DNA of 64,000 nucleotides from NCBI GenBank assembly GCA_964016885.1, contig OZ024745.1, forward strand, positions 116,684,001-116,748,000, read 5' to 3'. Position 1 is the first letter of the stretch. Every line of letters starts with the position of its first letter. This document shows, one piece after another, positions 1 to 14,506 of this stretch. The notes beneath the pieces were generated by a model that saw nothing but the letters and a program-made list of their open reading frames with translations, did no database searches and was not told the origin of the DNA. The stretch comes from Eledone cirrhosa. Its lineage: Eukaryota. A program made the position numbers and the translations under genes.

Positions 1-535
1 TATGCAGCGTTCATAAACTATAGTTCTCGGATGTATAGAAAACAACTTCAAACAGGGAAATAGTAAATAGGTTTTATCTAAGAAGAGAAAATGCAAACAT
101 TTTATCAATTAATGGATCGTTGTTTTTTATTATTTGAAAAGAATTCTTAGTGTTTTCTTTGAAACTAAAAACACTACAATTGTAATAAAATAAAAAGTAC
201 AAAAGAAAGTTTTAGATTGACATAAAATAATCAATCAAAATAATGTTAAACAAACTTTTCCCCACAAGAATTCAGAAATGTTTGTAAAAGGGTTGGAAAC
301 AATATAAATGTTTTCATAAAATGGAATAAATTAAATCATGAAGAAACCTTCAAAGGAAGACGAAATTGAAGGTGATCACGTTCTTTTGTTAGATGAAAAA
401 CGTGCTAATGGTGAATATGAATACAATAAATAAAACAAACCCGGAAACTTCAGTTTTATCTCCGTTAACACTCTCTTTCCAACATAACATATTTTGATAG
501 GCATTTTATGTCCAAATAAACGCCTGTTTGAGGTT

Positions 536-716
536 GGGCGGTGGATTGGCAGTATCGGTAGAAGGTCAGACGCAGCAAAGAGTTACGGCCCTTTATGGTC
601 TGAGTTCAAATCCCACCAAGATTAACTTCGCCTTTCATCATTACAGGGTCGATAAAATAAAGGACCAGTAATACACTGGGATAATTGCTGGCCTTGTGCC
701 TAAAGTAGAAAGAGTT
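536..716 (+). mobile_element. tRNA-derived SINE family A (Meta-domain-like core)
   Basis: A-box-like TGGCAGTATCGGT, B-box GAGTTCAAATCC, central GCCTTTCATC..GGGTCGATAAAATAAA and 3' TTGCTGGCCTTGTGCC; matches about 20 other copies in the window. Confidence 0.9.
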
Positions 717-2714
717 ATTTCACAAAGACACTCAATACTCCAGCAGGATCGTAGCTCCTTCATATGAATGAGGAACATATATTAATGATTATAATTGCAA
801 CCGACATAGGAGATACATATAATACAATGCAGAAACACTTTTGTTAAATATTTCTCAAAAATACATGTTTATTTCAACAAACACACACACACATGGATAG
901 AGCAGCATAAAATATTAGACGCCAAATTTGACAATATGTTCCTCCATTTCATAATACCCCCAATTCTTTTTTTTAACAATCCAACAATCTCTTATTTTGA
1001 ATATTTTAAGATCATTGGTGTTGATAAAACTTCATGAATAATGCTAAGTAATATTGCCTCCTTATTATTATACCACCATCACATAGATTGTACATACGAT
1101 TCAATTTTATGGTCTCTACTGGTTGCTTTATCGATTTCTGTTATTAGTGTACAGTCAATAGCAATCCGCACAAAGTAATACTGTGCACGTTTTCAGTTAA
1201 AAAACATATTTAATATCTCAGTTTGAATTCATGAATAGACTGAGATGAGATCAATAAAAATTTACCTTAACCACGCAAGAAGTTGTTTCAAAGTTAAGAG
1301 ACTAATTTATTTAGGAGCTTAGATAGCCGAATTGAGAAAATAATAACTATAATCTAAAGGGTAGGTATTTCATAGTATGTTAGTAACACTGCTGTGCTTT
1401 CACGTGTATGATAAGTTAATACTCACATTACTGACTTTGGCTAGTTTTAAACATTTATACATTATGGTAGTTATAACTAACTTCTGTAATCAGTAAAAGA
1501 CTTAATCCATTTTCCATTAGATTCCAATATTCATTGTATTCCGATCGGTTTTAATCCAGTAGGTTCACGGCCAAAAACCTTCTACTCGTGACTGTCCTAT
1601 TTCTTCTATAGACAGAAATACATGCCCGATGTGTTCCCTTCATATTTCTCTCCTTTTATTTATGTCTAGAGTGAGAAGGCAAGGTTCTAAAGAATACATA
1701 CTAGGTTCTTATTTGGCTTAGTTTTTATTCATATTTAAGGAACTTTGATGTGGGTCTACACCTGCAAAATATTATAATGGGAAGCTGATTAGTTTGGACA
1801 AATGTATTTATTATGGTGATAAAAGAGATCTGGCGCTTTCGAATTTCCAAATAAAAAATAACATGAATAGTTTACTAGACGAGACATTAGTCTCAAAATG
1901 TCAGACCATTCTTTTCACATCCTAAGCACTTATTCAAGCTCATGAACATTACCGTTCAAACATTTTATTAAATTGTAATAGCTTCTCCACTACATACATA
2001 AAACTCCTGTTTTCTCATAAACAACTGGGGTTATCAATATATCAGGGCCAAGGTTTATTTCCTTTCCGGGTGATAGAAGCCCTTGCTTATTAATGTGAGT
2101 GGAATCATTGAAAGTTCCAATCTTTAGCTCCATTGACATGTTCATTTCCACGGAGATAATAACCCACATTTTTAAATATATCTATTTATTTCGTTCCTTT
2201 ACCGGTTTCGCAGTTCTCCTGCTTTTCAAAAGTAGAATTGAGATGGAGGGTCTGTAGTTTTTCTCACATCTAGTTCGTCTTTGAATGTTACTTGTTTTAT
2301 ATGGAAAAAGGTGGCTCGAAATGCCAGGTTTTTAGAGATGTAATTTGATTGATTGGTGAATAAGTATAATAAATTTCGAGCCAGTTCGCGTTACAAAGTT
2401 CTTCAAACAAAGGGTGGGGGCTCAGGTTGTTTTTTCATATATGAGTGAAGTTTGGTTGGTTGATGCAGTCACGTGAATAAGCACATCAGCTTTCACGCCA
2501 GTTTGTGTTTGAATTTCTTTTTACTTAAAAAAAAGTTGTTTCGTTGATTTTTCCATCGTCCACATCCGGTGCGGCCCCTATTTTGAATATATATATATAT
2601 ACATATACATATCCAATAGATGTTAACAAGAATGGACCTATTATTTTTATCTAAAGACATTTTTTCGAATTCCACCTCGCCTGTCCCTTCAATATATCTT
2701 ATTTCTCATTCTTT

Positions 2715-2749
2715 CTTCTGATGAAGATCTAGCGTCCCAAACGTTAAAG
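2715..2749 (+). ncRNA. Decayed minimal type-I hammerhead motif
   Basis: CTT-CTGATGA-a GAT ctagc GTC c-CAAA-CGTTA-AAG; stem I CTT/AAG, palindromic AACGTT stem III; GAAA is mutated to CAAA. Confidence 0.5.
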
Positions 2750-2831
2750 CCCCACTTCCTGCTATTCCAAGCGTTAACCTAATATATTCCTTCCATATAC
2801 TGTACCGTTTGTGTTGTTATTTCTGTTTAGC

Positions 2832-2986
<155 letters not shown>

Positions 2987-3699
2987 ATCACATTTTTGCT
3001 TAATGCATTTAATTACTGATGATTGTTTCTTCCAGACAATTGTCTGGAAGAAACGATCGGTAGATAGATTGAAGGGACAGGCGAGGTGGAATTGGAAAAA
3101 AATGTCTTTAGATAAAAATAATAGGTCCATTCCTGTTAACATCTATTGGATATGTATATGTATATATATATATATTCAAAATAGGGGCCGCACCGGACGT
3201 GGACGATGGAAAAATCAACGAAAAGACGGACAGTTTCACCACATCAGTCAACCTCTGGAAATCTCTACAGTTTCGATGTTTTTGTTGTTACCGTTCATTC
3301 CAGTTCATATTGGGACGTAACAAAACAGGTAGAGATATGCCTTTAGGTGAATTATACAAGTATAGAAGAAAAGGCATCCTAAGTGTGTGAGTGTGTGTAA
3401 CTATTTCATACAGAACACATGTGGCTATAGTCTAAAACATTTACTAAATGTGCCGTGAGTGGTGTATGGGATCAAACCGGCAAATACATGGATGTAAAGT
3501 GAACTCCTTAACCACACGTCCATCCCTGCAACTATCTATAGATTGATTAATAAAATATTTTCTTTCAATTCTATTTATTTAATATGTCCTCCTTACTCCA
3601 ATATATTGGGTCGATGAATTTTCTGTAATTTCTTTTGTTTTTTTTTTCGTCTTCAGGCACATATTTTCCAATATGTTGTAATCGTGTATCAACTTTTCA

Positions 3700-3887
3700 G
3701 TGGATTGGCAGTATCGGTAGAGAGTCGAACACCATGCTTTGAAGCATAGAGTTACGTCCCTTTATGATCTGAGTTCAAATCCCGCCGAGGTTAACTTTGC
3801 CTTTCATCCTTACGGGGTCGATAAAATAAAGTACCAGTAATGTACTGGGTTATTGCTGGCTTTGTGCCTAAAATAGAAACAATTATT
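3700..3887 (+). mobile_element. SINE family A
   Basis: Full head, B-box, core and tail. Confidence 0.92.
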
Positions 3888-4186
3888 ACTACAAGCTTTT
3901 GTCGATCTTTGTTGTGTTAATCTTGTTTTATTCTTTGTTTAAAAGTTACTGTCATTTCCAAAGCTGGAATACATTTTAAAAGTTGCGTATTTCCTCTCTT
4001 AAAATTTCTATTTCATTCCAACATATTGATTTTTTTCTATAACTAAAGTTCAACGTAGATAATGTTGTAAATCGAGGAATGAGATGATAACGATGACGAC
4101 GGTAATGATGATGCTGTTAGTGGCGTTGCGGGGGGCTTTGATAGTGATGGTGGTGGCGGAGGGGTGCTGCAAATGATGATAATGGT

Positions 4187-4372
4187 AATAATTGTATCAA
4201 CTTTTGGCACAAGGCCAGCAATTACCAGAGTGCATTACTGGTGCCTTATTTTATCGACCCCGTATGGATGAAAGGTAAAGTTAACCACAGCGGGATCTCA
4301 ACTCCGAACGTAAAGGGCAATAACTCCGTGCTGCAAAGAATGCTGTCTGACGTTATTAAGCTACTACCATCT
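4187..4372 (-). mobile_element. SINE family A (diverged)
   Basis: Reverse complement of the family consensus. Confidence 0.85.
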
Positions 4373-4832
4373 GAGTCGAATGCTCACTTCAGTATTCACA
4401 TCAACATCATTTACGAAAATATTTCCATCACTTTCAATATTTGACATTAGTCTTTCGTGTCCTTTATTACCCACTTCCCACATACCTCCATTGCTAAGTC
4501 AGCTATATAATATCATTGTCTTCTAGATAATTTATTGGAATGACCATATTTGCCATGCTACCAATTTCCTTTTTAGCATTCAATATTATATCTGGAAGAA
4601 ATAAAAAGAGTGAGACAAGATAAAGACTGTCTCATTGGAATTGACTCAACATCAACTAGGTAGATATGTATGCATGTTTGCATGTGTGTCCAGGTGTGGA
4701 TTGTATTGTATGTGTGAATGTTTTGAATTATATGTGCATGTGTATATGCTTTGTATCTGTACATGTGCACATGCAGTTATTCGATGCAGAATTTTTGGAA
4801 TGATTTACATATTCTTACTGTTCCATTAATAC

Positions 4833-5163
4833 TTATAATTTCCTAACTAGTCGCGATCTTTCTGTTTCTGTGAAGCCCAGCTTCTCAATATTTGTATTGA
4901 GGCAGTTACTAACATATCCCAGTGCCCCAATAATCACAGGTATAAATCTGAAAGTATATTCAGGGAGGAGTATCTGTAGATCTCTCATCGGTTCTGCATA
5001 GATATTCTCCTTTTCATTAATCTTCGATATATTGGATTCTGCTGGGCAGCTAACTTCCACTACTGTGCATGCCTTCTTTTCCCTGTCCCATATCATTATA
5101 TCTGGTCTGTTATGTTTGTATTTTATTGGGGCTTTGACTGGAACATTCCACCAGTAATCTTTC

Positions 5164-5199
<36 letters not shown>

Positions 5200-7753
5200 T
5201 CTTCCACATTGCTGGAACTTTTAATGTGTTTATTATCGGGGCTATCTTTTCTACTGATTGCATTGTACAGTGTTTTGGCCACTACATCATGCCTCATAGG
5301 TAGATAGTACCACGATGACATCTTTGAACAGCTGCTTATGGCATGGGTGACATCTTCGATGTTAATTCCGCAGAGTCTGCACTTGTTGTCACATCTAGGT
5401 GTTTTGCCGACATCCCTATCTCTTTTGTGTACCAGGTATTTCGTTTTGATTTCCTGTTCTTGGATTGCAAAAGTGTATCCTTCAAAGTGGGAGCTAATAT
5501 AGCGGTTGTTGGTCCAAGATAGACTACTTTCCTTATCTATATTACTCTCACTCTGGAGCTTCCTGGCAACATATCCATGCATAATTTTGTTGCCGATAAG
5601 CATGCAGTTTTTCATCCATGGATTCAATGCGGTATTCTGAGCGACTTCCCTGGCTGTGAGCTTTTGGTTATCTCACATGGAATATCTTTCAAGGAGTTCC
5701 TTCCAAACTCTCATGATCTTATTTGTTTCATGCAGATAGACTTGCTCGAGAGACGAGCTCCTACGCTTCGAGGTTCGTAGATGTTGTTGGAGGGTTATGA
5801 TGCGACATTCAATTGCTGTCTGGACTGATGTTAGGCCTATGCCTCCATGCTTGCGTTTCAAGTAAAGGCGGTCTATGTCACTGTTGATGTGGAAGTTTCC
5901 GGTGTCGTTTAGTATTTTTCGAGTTCCAACATCAACTGCTCGGATTTCGTCGATCGTCCAATTGAGTATTCCAAACGTTGGTGTTAGGACAGGCACAGCA
6001 AACACATTGTGAGCCATTGCTTTGTTGTGCGCAGAGTTCCGATGACCATATTTTTCTTAATCGAGTGTAGTATTCCCTGGTTACGCGTTCCTTATTACAG
6101 ATACCATTATAGGATATGTTCTCATCTATCCCCAGGTATTTGTAGCAGTCCTCATCAGATATCGCAACTGTTAGACAATTGATGACAATGCTGCTAGATT
6201 GGGTTGTTATATTATATCCTTTGAGAATGTTGTAATCAGGTCAAGATTTTTCTTCATCCCATCTGTTTTTGGCATAGAGTTTCAGATCGTCCACAAAGAA
6301 ATTATTGGTTAGGTTCGTATTTCTGCCCTCCTGTGAGCCAATGATGTATCCTTCACATTTCTTGAGCAGAAAGGACAAGGGGTTTAATGACAGGATAAAT
6401 AATATCACAGAGAGACTGTCTCCTTGAAATATACCCCTGTGATATTTTATTTTATCAGTGAAAATAGAGTCCTCCCTCTCTGTCTTTAACCTTAGGATAG
6501 TAGCCCAAGAAGAAGACAGCTTCTCTATGGCTCTGGTAATAATGTCTAGGACTTTAGCAAGTCGAACGGCCTCTATCATCCAAGAGTGGGGAACAGAATA
6601 AAAAGCTTTCTTGTAGTCCAGCCAGACTGTAGCCATATTCCTCCTAAGTTGTCGCACCTCCGACATCGCAGTGTTGTTGATTAGGAGTTGTTCAGTACAC
6701 TCCAAACCCCTTTCTTTCCAGCTGCTTGTTCATCTGTGATTATGTTATTATTTTCACAGGGTGGTAGATTGGCAGTATCGGTAGAGGGTCGGACGCCATG
6801 CTTAAAGATACGGCCCTTGCCATTCTGAGTTCAAATCCCGCCGAGGTCAACTTTGCCTTTCATCCTTACGGGGTCGATAAAATAAAGTAACAGTAATGCA
6901 CTGGGTAATTGCTGGCCTTGTGCCAAAAGTAGAAAAATTATTTTCACAGTGATCTTGGAGGAATGGGTTCAGGCAGGCTGTATACATCTTATACATCAGG
7001 TTGGCATGCAATGGGTCGGTAGTTTTTTGCCAAGTGGGTATCTTTGTTCTTGGGGACCAGTAAAGTTTGTGCTAATTTCAACCATTCTGGTATAAGTGTA
7101 TCTCCCTTAAGAACTTGTAGGTTGAGGTCGTTAAGATACCTCTGATAGAATATCAGTTTTGTGTACCAGTAGCCGACAAGCATGTCTCTTCCTGGTGTCT
7201 TCTTACCTTGGAGTTTTCCTATCACAGTCTCGAGAGTACCCTCACTTATTTCGTATGTTTTTGTTGTAGCGTAGGAGCAATAGTTCTTTTGGATTTCTTT
7301 TAGCCACACTGTATCTTGGTTGAAATTCTTCTTTTCACACCATATTTTTCTTCAAAAAGAATCTATGTCTTTCTGGGATGGGGCCTCGGTGACACTTATT
7401 ATTTTCCCCTTCATATCCCTATAGACTGATGTTTGGTTTCGTCTGAATCTTTTATTAAGCCCTTTTCTTTCATTTACCTTCTTCAGGTATCGGGGTTTTT
7501 CGCTGACAGCTCTCAATTCTTGTTTGAGAGGGATCAACTTATATTGAAGAGTTCTGGTTCTACTGTAACCAAACATCGTCTCTATTTTATTTTTCACTCT
7601 TTGTTGGTGAGGAGTGAAGTTTGTTTGTGTTTGTTTACATGTAAAGAGCATTGTTATATATCCAATTGTTTTTCGTAGGTCAGCAATCTTTTTTTCTATT
7701 TTATATATGATGGTATCTTTGGTGGTGTTTTGTTCTTATTAATATCTCTGCTA
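4833..7753 (-). mobile_element. Degenerate R4/Dong-clade non-LTR retrotransposon (RT + CCHC + restriction-like endonuclease), 5'-truncated
   Basis: Collinear ORF pieces: NYRPIAC, WLDYKKAFYSVPHSW, RGIFQGDSLS, FFVDDLKLYA, RLYLKRKHGGIGL, CRLC..H..SSC, RHD, NRPDI..VVEVSCP; frameshifts and a SINE insertion. Confidence 0.9.
6760..6949 (+). mobile_element. SINE family A inserted in the R4 LINE, 13-bp TSD
   Basis: TSD ATTATTTTCACAG at 6747-6759 and 6937-6949. Confidence 0.95.
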
Positions 7754-7804
7754 TCACCAAGATAATGCTTCACTGTCGTTGCTAAGGCATATAAACAGGC
7801 ATTT

Positions 7805-7975
7805 ATATGTAATGTATGTATGTTTATATGTATGTGTGTGTGTATGTATGTATGTGCGTGTGTATGTATGTGTGTGTATATATGTATGTATGTGTGTGTA
7901 TATGTATGTATATGTGTGTATGTATGTATGTGTGTTTGTGTATATATGTATGTAGGTAGGTATGTATGTATATAT
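7805..7975. repeat. (TATG/TG)n compound microsatellite
   Basis: Direct reading. Confidence 0.95.
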
Positions 7976-8248
7976 TTTCAATACGACATTGTCTTTATTA
8001 TATTGAAACATGTACAACTTTGTCGTCTGCCTCTGATGTCTTTTCTTCATTCTTATTTAATAGTTTCACCTAAATAACAAATACATACTTAAGGAAAAAT
8101 ATAGACAAACATAATAAAATTCTCTCTTCTAGAAATGAATTGAAGTTATTTTGGAGATGTTTCAGTAATACGAACACATCTTTAAAATGTAGATTTATTC
8201 TGAAATGATTTATTTAGCTCAGTTAATAACTACATTGCAAATATTCAG

Positions 8249-8620
8249 CCCAGGCTCTGCTGCACTTCGGGTCGAGGTGGCTAAACTCTCCAAATACCGG
8301 TCGCCCTGTAGCAGTGGAGATATCTGGTGTCGTTGTTGGCTTCCCGCAGGTGTGAGACTCGCGAGCTGGGATGGCAGTTCCAGCGTGTCTCCCTCGCCAT
8401 CCCCTGGGAAAACGCCTTCTGTATTACGTCTGCCAGGACTACGGGACAGGCAGCGTGTGGGACCCCATTTACTCATAATAGTGAGAGATGGGAGAGTAGG
8501 AGATACGGAGGCAGTGACAGTGGGAGTTTGGTTGATTTGTGTTCTGACCTGCTAGATATGAAAGATAAGGAGAGCGGGAGCGAGGGAGCCGGGAGTTTGG
8601 TTCCTTTGTCTTCGGACCTG
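8249..8620 (+). mobile_element. 3' fragment of a CRE-like RLE non-LTR retrotransposon
   Basis: PGSAALRVEVAKLSKY..., then ELGWQFQRVSLAIPWENAFCI; same family as 47645, 54020 and 57812. Confidence 0.7.
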
Positions 8621-9861
8621 GTGTATATGTATATATTTCACGGACACACACTCACACTGAGGCAATTTAATCTATCTATCTATCCATAATTGAAAGTTGA
8701 ATATGATATTCTATTTCATCGAATATTCCATGCTCTTCATTTCATTTGTTATTAATCTTGTTTCACTGATTCTGACATACCATTTATTGTCCTAAGTCCT
8801 TCCATACACGAGACTAATTCTAGATTACTATAGAGTTAGGATCAAATGCTAATCATTGGAAAATAAGAAATAAGAGAGTCACATACATTTTTGAAGCAAA
8901 AGCATTATTAACATAAATATTTAATTCTAAAACTCAAGAGATCTAAAGTGTGCAGTATATCTACTTGAGAGAAATAAAACCCGAGCGTATCTAACTGTTA
9001 ATTTATCCTTCAAAAGATTTCAGAACGAGAGATGTGTCATCATCTTTAACTTCTTTATCTTCACCATTGTTATTCCACTATTTTTATGTCTTCTATTTTC
9101 GTAGTCTATAGATTATTATTTGGCAGACACATTTCACACGAGATTCATATTAAATAAACGGAAATGTCTTCTGTAAATCAGCAAAAGCAAGATATTTCCT
9201 TTAAGACGTCCTCTAAAGCCATGTTTTAAAATATGCATATCACTTTCTCTGCTGAATACATAAAGCTAAGCTACTGGCAGATATATAACAAGAGTTGTTT
9301 ACAGAAGAATAGATGTGGTGACATGACATTAAATATATTCATTGAAGAAGTGACGTTAGTTCTCAATAATGTATTGTCTTGGCTTCAACAGCTTCTCTTT
9401 CCGTTAGGAAATAATTACTGTGGCATAAAGATCAGTGTTGTTATTGTTGTTATATCAAGATGTTCATCTACTGCTACTGCCTCAACAGTTGCTGCTGGTG
9501 CTGATGATGTGGAAGAGAACGAGGAGCTGGAAGAGGATGTAGGAGGTCGAGGAATATAAAAGAGAGAAATGAGAGGGAGTAGCTGCAGCAGTATAAAGAG
9601 GAAGGGGAAGTGGAGATTATTTCTGTTGCCCAATTTCCTGATATCTCTTTTGAAATATATCTGAGGTATGAGAACTAACTGATCAAACACTGAAAGGTTT
9701 TATTAAGATGTTTCCAGATTTCTAAGTCTTCTTGGCTTCCATCAGATTGAGTTAAAATATTAGTCCGTGGCTTGCAGTGGTTTTAACAAAATACCTCTCG
9801 ACCTTCCGCCGGATCATAAATAAACACAAAACGAAAACAGGCACATAAATGCCTATATATG

Positions 9862-9867
<6 letters not shown>

Positions 9868-9958
<91 letters not shown>

Positions 9959-9960
9959 GT
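9868..9960. repeat. (TG)n microsatellite
   Basis: Direct reading. Confidence 0.99.
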
Positions 9961-10200
9961 ATCAGAAAGGTCAGGCATCTCTATCTCTGTATACACATAG
10001 CTACATACATGCGTACATAAAGACATAAGGTAGGTGTATTATGATTACAGCAGAAAACACATGACAATATATGAGATCTTGTATAAAGAGCTCACTCTCT
10101 CTTTATATTCTCCGAGAACAGGACCAAACCCTCAAGTGCTGCGGAAAGCAGTTCCAGCTGGATCTGGTCGAGGAGGAAAAAACAACCGAAAGTCCCGTTT

Positions 10201-10383
10201 GAGGTGGCAGTATCGGTAGAGGGTCGGACGCCATGCTTTCCAGCATAGTTACGTCCCTTTATGATCTGAGTTCAAATCCCGCCGAGGTTGACTTTGCCTT
10301 TCATCCTTACGGGGTCGATAAAATAAAGAACCAGTAATGCACTGGGTAACTGCTGGCCTTGTGCCTAAAGTAGAAACAATTAT
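10201..10383 (+). mobile_element. SINE family A
   Basis: Near-consensus copy. Confidence 0.93.
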
Positions 10384-10569
10384 CTATTCATTTACATTGA
10401 AAAGCATAATGGTTCTTCTTTAACCGAATTAAAATTTGTCTTTGTCAGTTCGCCAAATTAAAATGATATAAATGATATGTAAGCTGTACTGTTATTATCT
10501 AATTAGTAGTTAGTAATTAAATGAATGTTAGAACACTCATTGTTGTGATTGTATTTCATTATTTTTCAA

Positions 10570-10756
10570 CGGCGAATTGGCAGTATCGGTAGAAGGTTGG
10601 ACGCCATGCTTTCTAGCTTAGTTACGTCCCTTTACAGTCTGAGTTCAAATCCCGCCGAGGTTAACTTTGCCTTTCATCCTTACGGGGTCGATAAAATAAA
10701 GTACCAGTAATGTACTGGGTATTTGCTGGCCTTGTTACTAAAGTAGAAACAATTAT
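10570..10756 (+). mobile_element. SINE family A with imperfect TSD
   Basis: Flanked by ATTATTT(T/A)TCAACGG on both sides. Confidence 0.93.
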
Positions 10757-11200
10757 TTATCAACGGTTTTATTCAGAGGAGGAAAGGAAGCGCAACTTCT
10801 CCGTTTTTAATGTCTCATGATTGACGGGTGGGAGGGGAGGGGTCAGTAGTTTATACCTTATTCGAATGTTTGTAGTAGAGTAGACTGCAATAAAGGCAAT
10901 GTTTACGTCTACCAAGTTCCAATTAGGAGTTTTGGTTAACCTGACATTATAGTAGAAGATAACTGCCTGAAACCATCTAGTTGTGAAGTGGACGCCGTAA
11001 CCTACACCTGCAGCGCTGAGTTCTTACTACACAGTTATTTCTGTGGCAAAGGAAACGGTGGCTGCTTTAAGCGAACTTCGTAGGATTGATACTGTCGTTT
11101 GGGGATGGGAGCTTCACCATTGAATTATTGGCAGTTGACTAGAGGAATTGTAATGATAATCTAGTGGGTTTTATTTATAGCATTTTTAACACAATATGTA

Positions 11201-11393
11201 ATAATTGTTTCTACTTTTTGCTCAAGGCCAGCAATTACCTCAGTGTATTACTGGTAGTTCATTTTATCGACTCATTAAGGATGAAAGGCAAAGTCAACCT
11301 CGGCGGCCTTTGAACACAGATCGTAACGGGTCGTAACTCTATGCTGCAAAGCATGGCGTCCGACCCTCTACCGATAATTCCAATCTACCGCTC
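11201..11393 (-). mobile_element. SINE family A
   Basis: Reverse complement of the consensus. Confidence 0.9.
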
Positions 11394-11427
11394 TTATCTA
11401 CAATATCTACAATATGTAATAATATCG

Positions 11428-11753
11428 ATGTGGTGGTTAGAGCGTTGGGCTAGCAATGGTGAGGTTGTGAGTTCGATTCTCAGACCGGGTGATGTGTTGT
11501 GTCTTTTAGTAAGACACTATATTTCACGTCGCTCTAGTTTAATCTGCTGTAGAAATGGATTGTGAATACACTGGTGCCAAGCTGTATCGGCCATAGCCTT
11601 TCTCTTGGACAACATCAGTGGCGTTGAGTGGAAAGGCAGGTATGTATGGGCGACCACTGGTTTTCCATAAACAAACCATTCCCCGATTTGTGCCTCGAAG
11701 GGAAACTTTCTAGGTGCAAAACCATAGTTGTTAGTGACCAAATGGGGTCCTTT
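11428..11753 (+). mobile_element. tRNA-derived SINE family B (CORE-like)
   Basis: GTGGTTAGAGCG A-box, GAGTTCGATTC B-box, AAGACACT..ATTTCACGT core; paralogue at 22535-22835. Confidence 0.85.
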
Positions 11754-11846
11754 AATAATATCGAGAAGGAATTTATAACAGGCTGGGTGCAAAATAAATG
11801 CGAACAACAATGCTTTTCTAATATTTATTACATATTCCTCGTTCTC

Positions 11847-12110
11847 GGGGCGATGGATTGGCAGTACCGGAGACTATGCTTTGCGGTATGTAGTTACATC
11901 CCTTCACATTGACAGTATCGGACACCATGTTTTGCGGTATGCTGTTACGCCCCTTTACGTTCTGAGTTCAAATCCCGCCGAGGTTAACTTTGCCTTTCTT
12001 TCTTCAGGGCTCGATATAATAAAGTACCAGTAATGTACTGGTGTCGATTGAATCGATTTGTACGCCCTCCCCCAATAAACAATTGTTGATCTTTTGCCTA
12101 AGTCAGGAAC
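11847..12110 (+). mobile_element. SINE family A, long-tail variant with partly duplicated head
   Basis: Head segment repeated twice before the B-box; tail retains GTCGATTGAATCGA..CCCTCCCC. Confidence 0.8.
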
Positions 12111-12306
12111 CATCATACATTCTTCTGTAACGACCTCCTTATGGGTTTCATACATTTAGTGTGGCCGAAACTTGAGTACGGGTATAACTTGAAGGTATTG
12201 TATTGAAGTAAATTATTTTGTGTCTACTCTGGGATTTTACATAACACTACCTATTGAGTACGCAGAGATGCAACCGCTACTAGAAGTGACACCAATGCTA
12301 GTACGG

Positions 12307-12419
<113 letters not shown>

Positions 12420-12587
12420 TCAGTGTCACGTGATTGATTCTTTAGAATCTGCCATTTGACCAGAGACAGCGAACTTTTTCAGTGCACGGAATTCAGTCCC
12501 CGCTAGCTATTCCATCCACAGAATTATTATTATTTTTATATAAGTCCCTAGTGTCCGCGCATTGCCTGGAGACTTAGCTGAGAATAG

Positions 12588-12669
12588 ACTCCCTGATGAC
12601 GTAATGAATTCTCGATGGTTACATTACGTAACTATCATTATCCCATTACAGAAACTAATTAGTTGGAGT
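12588..12669 (+). ncRNA. Type-I hammerhead ribozyme with extended stem II
   Basis: ACTCC-CTGATGA-c GTAATG..GATGGTTAC/GTAACTATC..CATTAC a-GAAA-CTAATTAG-TT-GGAGT; stem I ACTCC/GGAGT, GUU triplet, palindromic stem III; lies in a 310-bp insert between two (TA)n tracts. Confidence 0.8.
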
Positions 12670-12727
12670 GAAAATTTTAGTAAGCAAGTTAATTTATAAT
12701 TTTTTTAAATTTTCTTATTTTACGTCC

Positions 12728-12761
<34 letters not shown>

Positions 12762-12774
12762 GATAAATTGTTTA

Positions 12775-12806
<32 letters not shown>

Positions 12807-12839
12807 CGTGTGTGTGTGTGTGTGCATATATATATATAT

Positions 12840-14363
12840 AGTCTCTATCTCTCAATAGCTGTAAAAGACGCTGGACAGGTCTAATCTCAACATCAAATCT
12901 GTAGAATTTCGGTCGGTCACAATTAGTGTGAGTGAGTACACACACACTCACACAGACCGACGCGAGATCAGAGAAAACAAATATATACCGACATAGTATG
13001 CACCAAAAGTTAGGTTACACAACAATAAATGTTATATTGGTCAAATCTCAATTTTAACGATGTAAATTAGAAAAATTGGGTCAACCACAACCTGATACAC
13101 ACGCAAGTATCCGTTCAACGTTCTGCTATACGGGTATCGATTGAATTGTAACATCCGTATCGTCTAAATAGTGTATGTTTTGGTATATACACATCCATGT
13201 GTAGAGCAAGTAGTCAGCTCGTATCGAACTCTGTGCCGTTGTCCTGTAGAGAATCTGAGTCCCCGAGTCTATGCGTGCAAGCACCCGCCATGTAGGCCAC
13301 CAAGGAGCTCCCAGTAGGGTTGGGTATTTGAATTAAGGTGTCGGTGTGTGCGTTTTCCCGTCATATGGGCCCTTGGGCTTTTAAGATAAGTGTTTGAGTG
13401 GTGGAGGTGTGTTACCCAACACAAAAATAAAAATAAAATAAAATAAAATAAAATAACAAACCCCGGGGTTGTGTGTAAGTGTCATGGGCCCATTGATGGC
13501 GTGTATGTAGTATTGTACATTCAGCAACTGTGAGCACTCTATGGTTAGAGGATCGCAGACCAAAAGCCTAGTGTAGTATTCAAGTGATAAGATCGTGACT
13601 AGTCATAACTGCGGGAACTCCATGTCTAAAAAACCGGGTACTGTGTGTAGAATTATGTATAAAGAGCGTAATCGTTCTTTACTGACTGTGTAATACGTCT
13701 AACTATTTACTAACTGGGAGAACTCTATGGTTAGGGTATTCTAAAATAATGGTGAGTGCGCGTAATCGGTCTTAACTGAGTGTGTAATTGTTCTAACTAT
13801 TTACTAACTAGGTATTCTAATGTAATGGTAAATGTGCACTCAGCTGTGAGAACTCTGTGGAAACATCCCGAGTACTGTGTGTATGTGCGCAAACAATCTT
13901 AGCTGTCTACTACCTGAGTGTGTGATTTTCTATTTTTTTCTAGTTGAGAGAACTCTATGGCTAAGGTAGAAAGGGCGGAGTTAGTGGTAGATTACTTTCT
14001 ATAAATTCTGTGGAAGGTTTTCGAGGTTCTATGCTGGCAGGTGCTGAAAAAGTCCGCTCTCCTATTTATTAGTAGTGGGACCTATTGATACACACTTGCG
14101 TGTGTATAGGGTCGTAGTTGACCCAATTTTTATAATTTACATCGTTAAAATTGAGATTTGACCAATATAACATTTGTTGTTTTGTAACCTAATTTTCGGT
14201 GCATACTATGTCGGTATATATTTTTTTCTCTGAACTTGCGTCGGTGTGTGTCAGTGTGTGTGTGTCCTCACTCACACTAATTGTGACCGACCGAAATTCT
14301 ACAGATCTGATGTTGAGATTAGACCTGTCCAGCGTCTTTTACAGCTATTGAGAGATAGAGACT
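12840..14363. mobile_element. PLE-type inverted pseudo-LTR arrangement (about 270-bp arms)
   Basis: 12840-13108 is the reverse complement of 14094-14363; begins at a (TA)n tract and continues into an HHR-bearing segment. Confidence 0.8.
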
Positions 14364-14506
14364 TGATAGATTTATGACCCTGACTGAAGACGATGGCAGT
14401 TGGCGTGTTTTGGCTGCTGAATCTTCATATGGAGGACTGGATTCTAGTGAGTGAACATCATTAGTTTTTCCTCCCTCATATCAAAGATTTGAAGACAATT
14501 CATTAT

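Noticed and set aside
1870-1910. CTAGACGA-GAC atta GTC-TCAAAATGTC resembling a minimal HHR
   Set aside because: Too many core deviations to separate from chance.
14383-14430. CTGAAGA followed by a hairpin
   Set aside because: No downstream GAAA or stem I partner.
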